A stretch of DNA of 64,000 nt from a virus. Made by a program: the position numbers and the translations under genes. Under the pieces are notes generated by a model, which was not told the DNA's origin, searched no databases, and saw only the letters and a program-made list of their open reading frames with translations. The DNA is taken from positions 41,538 through 105,537 of the IMG/VR virus record IMGVR_UViG_3300036800_000311; one strand, written 5' to 3'. Shown in pieces: positions 39,585-49,678 of this stretch. Positions within the stretch are counted from its first letter, which is position 1; the number at the start of each line of letters is the position of its first letter.

Positions 39585-40519
39585 TCCCCGTCGATCGGAT
39601 CAAGGCCTGCTCGAACTCGTCTTGTCGCTTGGTTCTACCGGCGGATCGTGACGATGAGTCCGGGGCGGGCTTCTGGGTCTCCGAGCGCAGGGGCGGCCGC
39701 GTCAGCCGATACGGCTCCTGGTGCAAGGACTGCGTGCGGACGAAGAATCGGGAGGCCGCGAGGAGGCGCCGAGCGCTGCGGACGGAGCATCGCCCGCGCC
39801 GGGCTGTTCGCCTGGTCGAGCACGAGGGCCGGATCGTGCAGTGGCGGACGTGCGACTGCGGAGTCGAGGGGCCGTGCCTGGACTCTCCGGAGTCTCTCTT
39901 TCCCGTTCACGCCCGCGACGCGGACGGACGAGCGACGGGGTGGAGGACGCGCTGCCGGGCCTGCTGGAACGTCTATCAGCGGGAGACGCGAGCGGTCGGC
40001 GGGGAGCGGACGAACACGCGGCGGCGGGAGCGTCACGCCGAGCGGATGGCGTCCGACCCGGCCTACGCGGAGGCCCAGAGGCGAAGGGCGGCGGAGGCCT
40101 ACGCGCGGAGTCCCGCGCGTAGGCGAGCGGTCGAGGAGGCCAGTCGGCGCTGGAGGAGGCTCCATCCGGAGCGGGTGCGCGACCGCGACGCGGCCTACCG
40201 CGCGCTGAGGGCGCTCCGGGAGGGACGTGACTATCGTCCGCGGCGGTACGTCATCGACGGCACGGCCCCTCGCCTGCCGTCCGGTCCCCTCCGCGCCTGG
40301 CTGGTCGCGTATCGGCTCGAGCGCGGGATCGCCGAGGTCGCGGCGCTCGCCGCGGAGCTCGGACTCGTTCGTCGTCGCGTCGCCTCGCTCCTCGCCGGGG
40401 AGCAGGAGTCGGTCACCCTCGACGTCGTCGACGTGGCGCTGAGCAACGCGGAGGCGGTCGTCTTCCTCGACGGCCGCTACGTCCTGACGCTCGACGATCT
40501 CTACCCGCTCGGGGTCTAG
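39581..40519 (+). CDS. Cys-rich zinc-finger / helical / HTH-like protein (paralog of 37527-38576)
   Basis: Two Cys4-type units, an Arg-rich helix, and GPLRAWL...LDDLYP. Confidence 0.65.
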   Translation: MIPVDRIKACSNSSCRLVLPADRDDESGAGFWVSERRGGRVSRYGSWCKDCVRTKNREAARRRRALRTEHRPRRAVRLVEHEGRIVQWRTCDCGVEGPCLDSPESLFPVHARDADGRATGWRTRCRACWNVYQRETRAVGGERTNTRRRERHAERMASDPAYAEAQRRRAAEAYARSPARRRAVEEASRRWRRLHPERVRDRDAAYRALRALREGRDYRPRRYVIDGTAPRLPSGPLRAWLVAYRLERGIAEVAALAAELGLVRRRVASLLAGEQESVTLDVVDVALSNAEAVVFLDGRYVLTLDDLYPLGV

Positions 40520-40544
40520 CCGCCCTCGGCGGTATACTACGCGC

Positions 40545-41351
40545 ATGGGTCAGGAGAAGCACGGGACGGCCATCGGGTGGACCCAGGCGCCGGGGTTCCG
40601 AGGTGAGACCTGGAACGCGACCACGGGCTGTAGCCACGTCTCCGCCGGGTGCGACATCTGCTACGCGGAGGCGCTAAGTCTCCGTCGTGGCTGGAGCGAG
40701 AAGCCCTGGACCCCGGAGAACGCCGAGGAGAACGTGGTCCTCCATCCCGAGCGCCTGACCGCGCCCTATCGCTGGCGGGAGCCGCGGGCGATCTTCACGA
40801 ACTCGATGTCAGATCTCTTCCACCCGCTGGTCCCGTATCAGTTCATCGCGGACGTCTGGCGAGCGATGCACGACAACCCTCGGCATCGGTTCATGACGCT
40901 GACGAAGCGCCCGAAGCGGATGCGGGACTGGACGCGGACCTTCGCCGCGCGGGCCGGGATCTCCGAGTCTGAGGTCTGGCCGAGTTGGATGTGGATCGGG
41001 ACCTCGGTCGAGGATCGCGACGTCGTAGGCCGCGCGGACCTCCTCCGGGAGACTTCGGCTGCGGTCAGGTTCGTCTCCGCGGAGCCGCTACTCGGCGCGA
41101 TAATCCCGGGCCTTGACCTATCGGGCATCTCTTGGCTGATCGTCGGCGGCGAGTCTGGCTCGGGTCATCGCAAGATGCACCTCCAGTGGCTGGAGGATCT
41201 CGTCGCGGAGGCCGACCGCCTCGGGGTGGCGACGTTCGTGAAGCAGGACTCCGGCCCGCGCCCCGACCAGCAGGGCCGGATCCCGGACGACCTTCTCGTC
41301 CGCGAGTGGCCAGCGCTCTCGGCGAAGGCGCCCGACGGGGCGCTGTTCTAG
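40545..41351 (+). CDS. DUF5131 / phage Gp37-Gp68 family protein, probably leaderless
   Basis: TWNATTGCSHVSAGCDICYA, NSMSDLFH, LTKRP, SAEPLL, IVGGESG. TATACT lies 6 nt upstream of the ATG. Confidence 0.9.
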   Translation: MGQEKHGTAIGWTQAPGFRGETWNATTGCSHVSAGCDICYAEALSLRRGWSEKPWTPENAEENVVLHPERLTAPYRWREPRAIFTNSMSDLFHPLVPYQFIADVWRAMHDNPRHRFMTLTKRPKRMRDWTRTFAARAGISESEVWPSWMWIGTSVEDRDVVGRADLLRETSAAVRFVSAEPLLGAIIPGLDLSGISWLIVGGESGSGHRKMHLQWLEDLVAEADRLGVATFVKQDSGPRPDQQGRIPDDLLVREWPALSAKAPDGALF

Positions 41352-42779
41352 ATGGCCTCCCCGCTGGCGAAGACGAGCGAGGTTACCGATCGGATGCCCT
41401 ACGAGGCGTTCATCGATCTCAAGACGCAGAGCGACGGGGATCAAGGGTTCGAGCCAGTCGTCCTTCCGGATTTCCTCTTCGATTTTCAGCGCGCGATCGT
41501 GGAGTGGGCGGTCCGCAAGGGCAAGGCGGCGATCTTCGCTGACTGTGGTCTCGGGAAGGCGCCGATGTCCCTAGCCTGGGCCGAGAATGTGATCCTCCAC
41601 GCTAAGCGTCCCGTCCTGATCCTTGCGCCACTGGCCGTCTCCGCTCAACTCGTGGCGGAGGGGGAGAAGTTCGGCGTGGAGTGCGCTATCTCGCGGGACG
41701 GGACGGTCAGGCCACGGGTGACCGTCACGAACTACGAGCGGCTCCATCACTTTCGGCCCGAGGACTTCGCTGGGGTGGTATGCGACGAGTCGAGTTGCAT
41801 CAAGTCTTTCGATGGGGTTCGCCGCAGGCTCGTGACGGACTTCATGCGGAAGATGCCCTATCGGTTGCTGTGCACCGCGACGGCCGCGCCGAACGACTAC
41901 GTGGAGCTCGGCACGTCCAGCGAGGCGCTCGGCTACCTGGGCCATATGGACATGCTCTCTCGGTTCTTTACGAATAAGGATAAGACCTCGAAGGCGAGGG
42001 TGGGACGCTGGCGGGCCGAGTCCCCCGAGACCCGAGCGGAATGGCGCTTCAAGGGGCACGCCGAGGATCCGTTCTGGCGCTGGGTAGCGTCCTGGGCGCG
42101 GGCGATCCGTAGGCCGTCGGATCTCGGCTTTGAAGACGGTCTCTTCCTACTGCCGTCGCTAGACGTCCGCGAGCATGTGATCGCGGCGAGGACGCAGCGC
42201 GAGGACACGCTCTTTGACCTTCCCGCACAGGGCCTTCGCGAGGAGCGCGACGAGTCGCGCCGGACGATTACGGAGCGCTGCGAGGCGGCGGCGGAGTTGC
42301 TCGCCGACGCCGACTCGGCCGTGGCGTGGTGCCAGTTGAACGCGGAGGGGGATCTCCTGACGAAGATAATCGACGGGGCGGTTCAGGTCAGCGGTGCGGA
42401 TAGCCTAGAGGCGAAGGAGGAGGCGCTTACGGCCTTCTCGCGGGGAGAGGTTCGCGTCCTGGTGACCAAGCCGAGGATCGCCTCCTGGGGTTTGAACTGG
42501 CAGCACTGCCATCGGACAACGTTCTTTCCTAGTCACTCCTTCGAGGAGGCCTATCAGGCTATTCGGCGTTTCTGGCGGTTCGGCCAACGCGAGCGAGTCG
42601 TCGTAGACATGGTGACGACCGAGGGTGGGATCAACGCCCTGAAGAGTCAGGCTCGGAAGGCGGAGCAGGCGGAGCGGATGTTCGCCGCCCTGGTCGGCCA
42701 CATGAACGAGGCGCTGTCGATTCGCCGAGCGGAACCGTACGATGAGGAAGTAGGCGTGCCGGAATGGCTGATGTGGTGA
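41352..42779 (+). CDS. SF2 helicase-like protein paired with a DNA methylase
   Basis: DCGLGKA, DESS, TATAAPND, QAIRRFWRFGQ. Confidence 0.88.
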   Translation: MASPLAKTSEVTDRMPYEAFIDLKTQSDGDQGFEPVVLPDFLFDFQRAIVEWAVRKGKAAIFADCGLGKAPMSLAWAENVILHAKRPVLILAPLAVSAQLVAEGEKFGVECAISRDGTVRPRVTVTNYERLHHFRPEDFAGVVCDESSCIKSFDGVRRRLVTDFMRKMPYRLLCTATAAPNDYVELGTSSEALGYLGHMDMLSRFFTNKDKTSKARVGRWRAESPETRAEWRFKGHAEDPFWRWVASWARAIRRPSDLGFEDGLFLLPSLDVREHVIAARTQREDTLFDLPAQGLREERDESRRTITERCEAAAELLADADSAVAWCQLNAEGDLLTKIIDGAVQVSGADSLEAKEEALTAFSRGEVRVLVTKPRIASWGLNWQHCHRTTFFPSHSFEEAYQAIRRFWRFGQRERVVVDMVTTEGGINALKSQARKAEQAERMFAALVGHMNEALSIRRAEPYDEEVGVPEWLMW

Positions 42780-42804
42780 CGATGAACGGAGAAGGGAGCG
42801 CTAC

Positions 42805-43788
42805 GTGCCGATAGCTGAGCAGGAGATAGCCGAGCGATACGCGCTCTACTGCGGGGACGCGATGGAGGTCCTACCGACCCTCCCGGCCGAGTCGATGGGA
42901 CTGTCGATCTACTCGCCTCCGTTTGTCACCGAGAGGGGCGGCGCGCTGTACACGTATACGTCTTCGCCTCGGGATCTCTCGAACTCGCGGACCTACGTAG
43001 AGTTCATGGAGCACTACGGTTTCATCGTCCGCGAGATCGAGCGGGTGACGATGCCGGGCCGTATGAGCGCGGTTCACTGCGCAGACATCCCAACGGGCAA
43101 CTCTGGTCGAGACGCCCTCTCGGACTTCCCCGGGGATATCATTCGGCTTCATCGCGAGATCGGCTTCGACTACGTTGCTCGATACCACGTCTGGAAGGAG
43201 CCGCTGACCGTTCGGAACCGGACGATGAAGAAGGACCTGGCGCATCGGACGCTGACCGAGGACTCGACGCGCTGCTCCGTCGCCTCGGCGGACTACCTTC
43301 TGATCTTCCGCAAGCACGGAGAGAACCCGGTTCCAGTGGCCCATCCCGATGGCCTGATGGAGTACGCGGGTGAGCGGCCGATCCCTGCGGAGTTGATGTC
43401 CTACCGCGGTTGGACGGGGAACCAGCGGGAGAACCGCTACTCGCACTGGATCTGGCGCCAGTACGCCTCGGCGTTCTGGGATGACGTTCGACTTGATCGG
43501 GTACTCCCATACCGGGAGGCTCGCGACGATGAGGACGAGCGCCACGTCCATCCCCTCCAACTAGACGTCATAGATCGCTGTCTCGTCCTCTGGTCGAACC
43601 CAGGGGAGACGGTCCTGACGCCGTTCATGGGTGTCGGCTCGGAGGTCTACGGTGCGGTCCGTCAGGGGCGACGTGGGATCGGGGTGGAGTTGAAGCCGAG
43701 TTACTTTCGGCAGGCGGTCAAGAACGTCAAGGCGGCGGAGACGGACGCTCGCGGGCAGGACGTCCTGATGCTCGGGGACGCGGTATGA
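42805..43788 (+). CDS. N4/N6 amino DNA methyltransferase (beta-class motif order)
   Basis: SPPF catalytic motif near the N-terminus; HVHPLQ; TPFMGVGSE SAM-binding motif; GVELK. Confidence 0.9.
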   Translation: MPIAEQEIAERYALYCGDAMEVLPTLPAESMGLSIYSPPFVTERGGALYTYTSSPRDLSNSRTYVEFMEHYGFIVREIERVTMPGRMSAVHCADIPTGNSGRDALSDFPGDIIRLHREIGFDYVARYHVWKEPLTVRNRTMKKDLAHRTLTEDSTRCSVASADYLLIFRKHGENPVPVAHPDGLMEYAGERPIPAELMSYRGWTGNQRENRYSHWIWRQYASAFWDDVRLDRVLPYREARDDEDERHVHPLQLDVIDRCLVLWSNPGETVLTPFMGVGSEVYGAVRQGRRGIGVELKPSYFRQAVKNVKAAETDARGQDVLMLGDAV

Positions 43789-44291
43789 CCGGCCAGGAGG
43801 GGCGCGCGACGCCCGCGCCCCGGAGCAAGTCCCCCGACACGGTCCTCCCGGGCGACGTCGTCATACCCAGCTCCGGCCCGTACGCCAAGATCCAGTGTCG
43901 CGTCGTCGACGTCCTCCGACCGCGGCCGTCTCAGTACGACCTCAAGATCGTCCCGACGATGCCGCTGGCGAAGGTCTGGTCGGTCCGGAGCTCGATGCGC
44001 GTGAGGGTCGTCCCGCCGGATCCGCTGGCCTTCGATCCGGACTGGTGCGTCGCGCCGGGCGAGACCCTCCGGGAGTGGATCGAGGAGAGCGGACTCTCGG
44101 TTCGCTCCACCGCCACGATCTGCGGCCGGATGCCCGTCGAGCGGATGGAGGCGATCATCGCCGGGGATGAGCCGATCACCGACGTCGACGCCGAGGCGCT
44201 GGCCCACGGGACGGGCATCCCTGATCGGCACTGGCTGGCACTGGAGCGGTTCTACCGTCAGGGTCTCGCGGAGGGGAGGAAGCGGCTGTGA
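43785..44291 (+). CDS. HigA-like HTH protein with an extra N-terminal beta domain
   Basis: PDWCVAPGETLREWIEE...ITDVDAEALAHGTG..HWLALE. Confidence 0.7.
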   Translation: MTGQEGRATPAPRSKSPDTVLPGDVVIPSSGPYAKIQCRVVDVLRPRPSQYDLKIVPTMPLAKVWSVRSSMRVRVVPPDPLAFDPDWCVAPGETLREWIEESGLSVRSTATICGRMPVERMEAIIAGDEPITDVDAEALAHGTGIPDRHWLALERFYRQGLAEGRKRL

Positions 44292-44785
44292 GCGAGCGGA
44301 CCTACAGCATCGCGGTCGACTTCGACGGGGTGATCCACAGTTACACGTCGCCGTGGATCACGGCCGAGGTCATCCCAGACCCACCGGTCCCTGGAGCAAT
44401 CGACTGGCTGAACGAGATCAGCAAGCGCTTCAAGGTCATCATCTTCACGATACGCGGCAAGACCGGCGCAGGGCGGGATGCCGTCAAGGCGTGGCTCTGG
44501 GAGCACGGCTTCGAAGCCGCGGGTGCGGGCAGCGACCTGGTCGTCACTGCAGAGAAACCCCCAGCGCTGATCTATCTCGACGACCGCGCGGTGCGCTTCG
44601 ACGGGACGAACTTCCCGACGTCCGAGGAGATCCGCGATCTGGTCCCCTGGAACAAGAAGACGAAGGGCGATGCCTCCGAAGCCTGCGGCCGCCTGCTCGT
44701 CGGCCAGGGCGGCGACACGTGGGATCCGACCTGCGTGCTGCCCGCGGGGCACAGGGGCGCCTGTCGGCCCGAGACCGGCCGATGA
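44288..44785 (+). CDS. HAD-superfamily phosphatase
   Basis: IAVDFDGVIH, IIFT, EKPPALIYLDDRA. Confidence 0.85.
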   Translation: MSERTYSIAVDFDGVIHSYTSPWITAEVIPDPPVPGAIDWLNEISKRFKVIIFTIRGKTGAGRDAVKAWLWEHGFEAAGAGSDLVVTAEKPPALIYLDDRAVRFDGTNFPTSEEIRDLVPWNKKTKGDASEACGRLLVGQGGDTWDPTCVLPAGHRGACRPETGR

Positions 44786-45147
44786 GCCCATCGGGTGCCA
44801 CGCTGGATCGGGTGCTCGAGGTCCTGGGCGAGCATCGGTTCGTCTGGGCGTCGGAGCGGGACCTCCAGGCGGGGGTCGCGAGCGCGCTGGAGTTCTGGGG
44901 CCTGACCGTCGAGCGCGAGGTCCGAGTCGACGCGCGCAGCCGCCTCGACCTTCGGGTCGATCGCGTCGGGATCGAGGTCAAGGTCAAGGGGTCCTGGCGG
45001 GACGTCCTCCGCCAACTCGAGCGCTACGCCCTCCTGGACTCCGTCGACGCCCTCGTGCTCGTGACCGCCTGCCCGTCTCACGCCCGGATCGTCGGTCGCC
45101 CGGTCGGCAAGCCGCTCCACCTCCATCGCGTCGGCTCCGGACTGTGA
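44782..45147 (+). CDS. Small PD-(D/E)XK nuclease-like protein
   Basis: ERDLQ...VEREV...RLDL...GIEVK...QLERY; GTGA-coupled to the SNF2 gene. Confidence 0.7.
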   Translation: MSPSGATLDRVLEVLGEHRFVWASERDLQAGVASALEFWGLTVEREVRVDARSRLDLRVDRVGIEVKVKGSWRDVLRQLERYALLDSVDALVLVTACPSHARIVGRPVGKPLHLHRVGSGL

Positions 45148-47912
45148 GGACGTACGGGACCCTGCGCTTCGGCGAGGACAAGGGTCGCACCTTTGGCGGC
45201 TCGTTCTGGATCATCTCCGCGGAGCCGCACGTCACGATGCGCCTGAAGCGGATCTTCGGACGGGTGGACCCGAGGCGGGACGGAACCCTCGTGATCAGCG
45301 ACACGCCGGAGACCGCCGCGGACCTGGAGTGGGTGCTGGGGCGCTGGCCGCTCGTCCTGGACGAGGCGTCCCGCTCCCGCCTGGAGGTCGCCGCCCGCGG
45401 CTACCGAGAGTCGCAGGAGGCCGTCGACAAGATCTTCGGCGGGGATCGCCTTCCCTTCCGGATGACCCCGGCCCGCGAGCCCCGCGACTACCAACTGGTC
45501 GCCGCGGACGTGACGCTGACCACGGGGCGCCTGCTCCTCACGGACGACATCGGACTCGGGAAGACGTTCACGGGCCTGCTGGTCCTCCGTGACCCCGAGG
45601 CCCGTCCGGCCCTCGTCGTGTGCCCGACCCACCTGACCCGTCAGTGGCTCGCGGAGCTGCACATCAGCTTCCCGACGCTGAGGGGCCACATCGCCCAGCG
45701 GGCCACGCCGTACAACCCGTCCCTCCGGAGGGACATGGGCGGGCACTACCCCGACGTGCTGATCATGTCCTACTCGAAGCTCGCGGGCTGGTCCCAGCAC
45801 CTCGTCGGCTGGGTCCGGACGGTCATCTTCGACGAGATCCAGGACCTCCGCGTGGCGGGATCCCAGAAGTACACCGCGGCGGCGATGATCGCGGACGCGG
45901 CGCGCGTCAAGCTCGGGATGACCGCGAGTCCCGTCTACAACTACGGCGGCGAGATCTACAACGTGATGCGGATCCTCGACGTGGACGCGCTCGGCACCCG
46001 AGCGGAGTTCGTCCAGGAGTGGGGGGCGGAGAGCGGTAAGAAGGTCGCGGTGAGGGACCCGCGCGCCCTGGGATCGTTTCTCCGGGAGGAGAACCTCATG
46101 CTGCGGCGCACCCGCGCGGACGTCGGCCGCGAGCTCGGGGACCTCGTCCGCGTCCCCCACGACGTCGACGCGGACCCGGACGTGATCGAGCGGGAGACGG
46201 CCGACGCGACGAGCCTCGCGACGCTGATCCTGAGCGGCGACGGCAACCGTCAGGAGCGGTTCCAGGCGGCGGGCGACCTCGACTGGCAGATGCGCCGGGC
46301 GACCGGACTGGCGAAGGCGCCGTACGTGGCGGCGTTCGTCCAGCTGCTGCTGGAGTCCGAGGCGAAGGTGGTCCTGTTCGGATGGCATCGGGACGTGTAC
46401 GCCGCCTGGCAGGAGCGCTTCCGCAGGGCCGAGATCGGGTTCGTGATGTACACCGGGAGCGAGTCGCCCGCCGCGAAGCAGCGCGCGAAGGACGCCTTCC
46501 TCGACGACGACGACTGCCGCGTCTTCGTGATGTCCCTGCGGTCGGGGGCGGGCCTCGACGGCCTTCAGCAGGCGTGCAGCGTCGCGGTCTTCGGGGAGCT
46601 CGACTGGTCCCCGGCGATGCACGATCAGTGCCTCTCGGCCGACACGGAGATTTTGACGCCTGGCGGATGGGCTCAGATGGGCGAAGTCGCTACGGGCGAC
46701 GAGGTAGCCGCGTTCGATCGCGAGACGGAGGAGATCTCGTGGCGGCCAGCGCGGCGCGTTATCGAGCGTGGCCTTGCAGGCGGTGAGGAGATCTATGAGA
46801 TGAAGTTGCCGGGCGTAGATCTACGCGTAACCGGCGATCATCGCATCGTCTATCAGCAGTCGTGCGGCGCGGGTCACCGCAAGATGAGTGGATGGAAGGT
46901 AGATACGGCTGCCAAACTAGCCAGTGGTCGTAGTTGGTATCGCATCCCAGTTGCTGGCTACGAAGAGGGCGTAGGCATACCGCTGACCGACTCCGAATTG
47001 TCGTTTCTCGGATGGTGGATCACGGACGGCACCCTGTCGAACCAGCGGACGCGCGCGACGCCCGGACTCGTCATCTGCCAGGCTCAAGCGTCGCCGCATA
47101 ACGGGCATATTCGTCAGACCCTTGACGGTTGCGGGTTCGCCTGGACGGTCGCCGTCCGTGACGTCGGGTCCCAATTTGATCGTCGGTCGCCGATGCTTCA
47201 CTATTCCGTACCTAAGAAGAGGTCGACAACACGCCTCGGGCGCGGATGGGAGGAGTTAGCGCCATACCTCGACAAGGATCTATCGCCCCTGCTCGACGAT
47301 ATGACTTCCAACCAGCTCGCAGTGTTTATGGAGGCGGTCCATTATGGGGACGGGGACAAGCAGGGTAAGGTGGTCCCAGGGAAGGGTGTTCAGCGGAGTT
47401 ACCACGTCGGTACCGCCAGGCGCCTATTCGCCGATCGCCTCCAGTCGCTCCTCATTCGTCGCGGGTGGAGAGCAAACGTCATCGAGAAGAAGACCCCCCT
47501 GGGCCGACCATACTTCAAGATCAATACGAAGCCTGGGGCGATCCGCTCGATAAAGGGTAGCCAGCAGTTCTTACGCGTAGACCCCAGGGAGGGCGAGCGC
47601 GTCTGGTGCGTTGAGAACGACCTCGGTACCCTGGTCGTCCGTCGGCACGGTAAGGCGGCGATCGTCGGAAACTGCCTCGGCCGCCTTCATCGCGACGGCC
47701 AGGACGACCCGGTCGTCGGGTACTTCTTGACGTGCGACTACGGATCGGATCCGACGGTGATGGAGGTGCTCGGCGTCAAGCGCGGGCAGGCGGAGCCGAT
47801 GATGGATCCGACGGTCGAGTTGTTCGAGCGGATGGAACCCCGAGGCGATCGCGTGAGGATGCTCGCACGGTCCGTCCTGGACCGCGGAGTAGGGGCGAGG
47901 GTCCGAGCGTGA
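45144..47912 (+). CDS. SNF2-like helicase interrupted by an intein
   Basis: DDIGLGKT, DEIQ, TASP, GAGLDGLQ; motif VI Q|CLGRLHRDGQ is split by the intein. Confidence 0.9.
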   Translation: MRTYGTLRFGEDKGRTFGGSFWIISAEPHVTMRLKRIFGRVDPRRDGTLVISDTPETAADLEWVLGRWPLVLDEASRSRLEVAARGYRESQEAVDKIFGGDRLPFRMTPAREPRDYQLVAADVTLTTGRLLLTDDIGLGKTFTGLLVLRDPEARPALVVCPTHLTRQWLAELHISFPTLRGHIAQRATPYNPSLRRDMGGHYPDVLIMSYSKLAGWSQHLVGWVRTVIFDEIQDLRVAGSQKYTAAAMIADAARVKLGMTASPVYNYGGEIYNVMRILDVDALGTRAEFVQEWGAESGKKVAVRDPRALGSFLREENLMLRRTRADVGRELGDLVRVPHDVDADPDVIERETADATSLATLILSGDGNRQERFQAAGDLDWQMRRATGLAKAPYVAAFVQLLLESEAKVVLFGWHRDVYAAWQERFRRAEIGFVMYTGSESPAAKQRAKDAFLDDDDCRVFVMSLRSGAGLDGLQQACSVAVFGELDWSPAMHDQCLSADTEILTPGGWAQMGEVATGDEVAAFDRETEEISWRPARRVIERGLAGGEEIYEMKLPGVDLRVTGDHRIVYQQSCGAGHRKMSGWKVDTAAKLASGRSWYRIPVAGYEEGVGIPLTDSELSFLGWWITDGTLSNQRTRATPGLVICQAQASPHNGHIRQTLDGCGFAWTVAVRDVGSQFDRRSPMLHYSVPKKRSTTRLGRGWEELAPYLDKDLSPLLDDMTSNQLAVFMEAVHYGDGDKQGKVVPGKGVQRSYHVGTARRLFADRLQSLLIRRGWRANVIEKKTPLGRPYFKINTKPGAIRSIKGSQQFLRVDPREGERVWCVENDLGTLVVRRHGKAAIVGNCLGRLHRDGQDDPVVGYFLTCDYGSDPTVMEVLGVKRGQAEPMMDPTVELFERMEPRGDRVRMLARSVLDRGVGARVRA
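46629..47672 (+). mobile_element. Intein with LAGLIDADG-like endonuclease, 348 aa
   Basis: Starts CLSADTEILT; block B VTGDHR; FLGWWITDG and AVHYGDG; ends IVGN|C with penultimate Gly; lower GC. Confidence 0.9.
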
Positions 47913-48057
47913 TGAGTCTCCGCCGACCGGGGCAGATCTACCCCGTCTCTCACCACTGGCTCTACTGGGAGTTGTTCTGGCGCCAGGCGGAGTCTCGCCG
48001 CGACCTGGCCTCCCGGTGGCGCGCGTTCGCGAGGCGCGTCGACGGATGGATTAGTCC

Positions 48058-48859
48058 GTGAGCATCCTTCGACTCTTTCCGGGCATCGATCCCGATGAGT
48101 TGATCGTCGGCGCGAAGCGCGACCATAAGCCCGTTGGGACGGTGTGCCTGTTCTCGGGGGGGAACGACTCGTCTGTGCTCGCGCATCGTTGCCACGAGCA
48201 CTACTCGGCGCTCGCGTTCATCGACACCGGCACGGCGCTGCCGGGCGCTGATCGTCCTTGAGTCCGGCGACGCGTATCGGCGTCTGGTGCTCGGGATCAA
48301 GGAGAACCCGCCGCCGGGGTGGCGTCCGTATGGCTTCCCCGGCCCCGCTGGTCATAACCGGACGTACAACCAGATCAAGGAGCGCCAGCTCCGCCAGCTC
48401 CGAGCACGGCTGCAGGAGGGACACAAGCGGGGGGCGCGTGTGCTATTCCTGACCGGGATTCGTCGTGGGGAGAGTCAGCGCCGGTCGAAGCGGATGCCGA
48501 TCACGAGCCACGGCGCGATCCGGTTCGTGAACCCGCTGATCGACTGGTCCGACGCCGACATGCGCGCCTACCGCTCAGAGCACGAGCTACCGGAGTCCGA
48601 CGTCGCGGCTTTGATCCACCGCTCAGGGGAGTGCAACTGCGGGGCGTTCGCGGCACCGGGCGAGCGGGAGATGCTCGCCTCTCTGTGGCCGGAGTGGTTC
48701 GAGACGACGATCGGAAGTCTTGAGCGCGAGGCCGAGGCGCGCGGGATCGCATCGTGCCGGTGGGGCGAACGATCGGTAGGGCCGATCCCGGATGACGCTG
48801 GCGCGCTCTGCTCGGATTGCCAGATGCGACTCAACGTATCGGCTGACGTGGCGCCGTGA
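48058..48859 (+). pseudogene. PAPS-reductase-like (PP-loop) gene broken by an apparent deletion/frameshift
   Basis: FSGGNDS...IDTGTALPG in one frame; the protein resumes near 48248 in another frame (LIVLE...GFPGP...TGIRRGESQRR...NPLIDW...SGECNCGAFA). Confidence 0.8.
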
Positions 48860-49347
48860 GCGGCCGCCCCGTCCCCGCCTGGCAGTCCCGCCGGTTCGTG
48901 CCGGAGAAGACCGCGGACCCGCTCACCTCTCCCGTCGGCGGCGGGAAGTCTCCATACCGTCTTGGCCGAGACTTCGAGGCGGCGGTCCGCGGACAGCTCG
49001 AGCGCCGCTCCTACTTCGTGATGCGAGCCCACGCGAGCAAGGGCAAGATCGACCTCCTCGCCGTCGGCAGGGTCACGACCGGGATCGGGATCTCGGGCCT
49101 GTTCATCCAGTGCAAGCGCCGGGGCGACATCGGCTCGACCGAGTGGAACGATGTGTGGGGAATCGCGGAGGCCGCGGGGGGCTGGCCCGTCGTCTGCTTC
49201 CGCCCGAGCCCGAGGAAGACTGCCTACTACCGGCTCGACGCGCCTCGCGAGCCGCGCCGCCCGGGGCGCCCCTGGACGCAGTTCGACCCGACGGATTGCT
49301 CTGTTGTCATTGTCCCGCCGACGCTGCCGCTCGGGCGCGCGACGTGA
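48856..49347 (+). CDS. Hjc-like Holliday junction resolvase
   Basis: YRLGRDFE...YFVMRAHASKGKIDLLA...FIQCK. Confidence 0.75.
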   Translation: MSGRPVPAWQSRRFVPEKTADPLTSPVGGGKSPYRLGRDFEAAVRGQLERRSYFVMRAHASKGKIDLLAVGRVTTGIGISGLFIQCKRRGDIGSTEWNDVWGIAEAAGGWPVVCFRPSPRKTAYYRLDAPREPRRPGRPWTQFDPTDCSVVIVPPTLPLGRAT

Positions 49348-49396
49348 CCTACGGTATACTGCCAGTACCCGCTTGAATGATCGAAGGAGGAGTAAG

Positions 49397-49678
49397 TTGA
49401 CCGCCGAGGCAACCGAGGAGCAGGACCTAGTTCGAGCGAGTGAGATCGCGGCGATGCTGGGACTAAAACAGCCGAACGTTCACGCCTGGCTGCGTCGCCG
49501 CGGCATCAAGCCCGTCGCGAGGGACGAGGCCCGAGGCTGGAAGCTTTACTCCCGGGCGGAGATCGAGCTGGCCCGCGACGCGTGGGTCTCTACCGGCGGG
49601 ACGGCGACGGGCGGCGCGGACGCGAACGAGAAGCGCCGGGCGGCGGCGCTCGCGCGCTCCGCGGCGAGGGCGTCATGA
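49397..49678 (+). CDS. MerR/excisionase-like HTH protein
   Basis: Own TATACT (49355) and SD AAGGAGG; TTG start; ASEIAAMLGLKQPNVHAWLRR...KLYSRAEI. Confidence 0.7.
   Translation: MTAEATEEQDLVRASEIAAMLGLKQPNVHAWLRRRGIKPVARDEARGWKLYSRAEIELARDAWVSTGGTATGGADANEKRRAAALARSAARAS

Noticed and set aside
43785-44291. HigBA toxin-antitoxin pair
   Set aside because: A HigA-like HTH is present, but no adjacent RelE/HigB-like toxin is recognisable.
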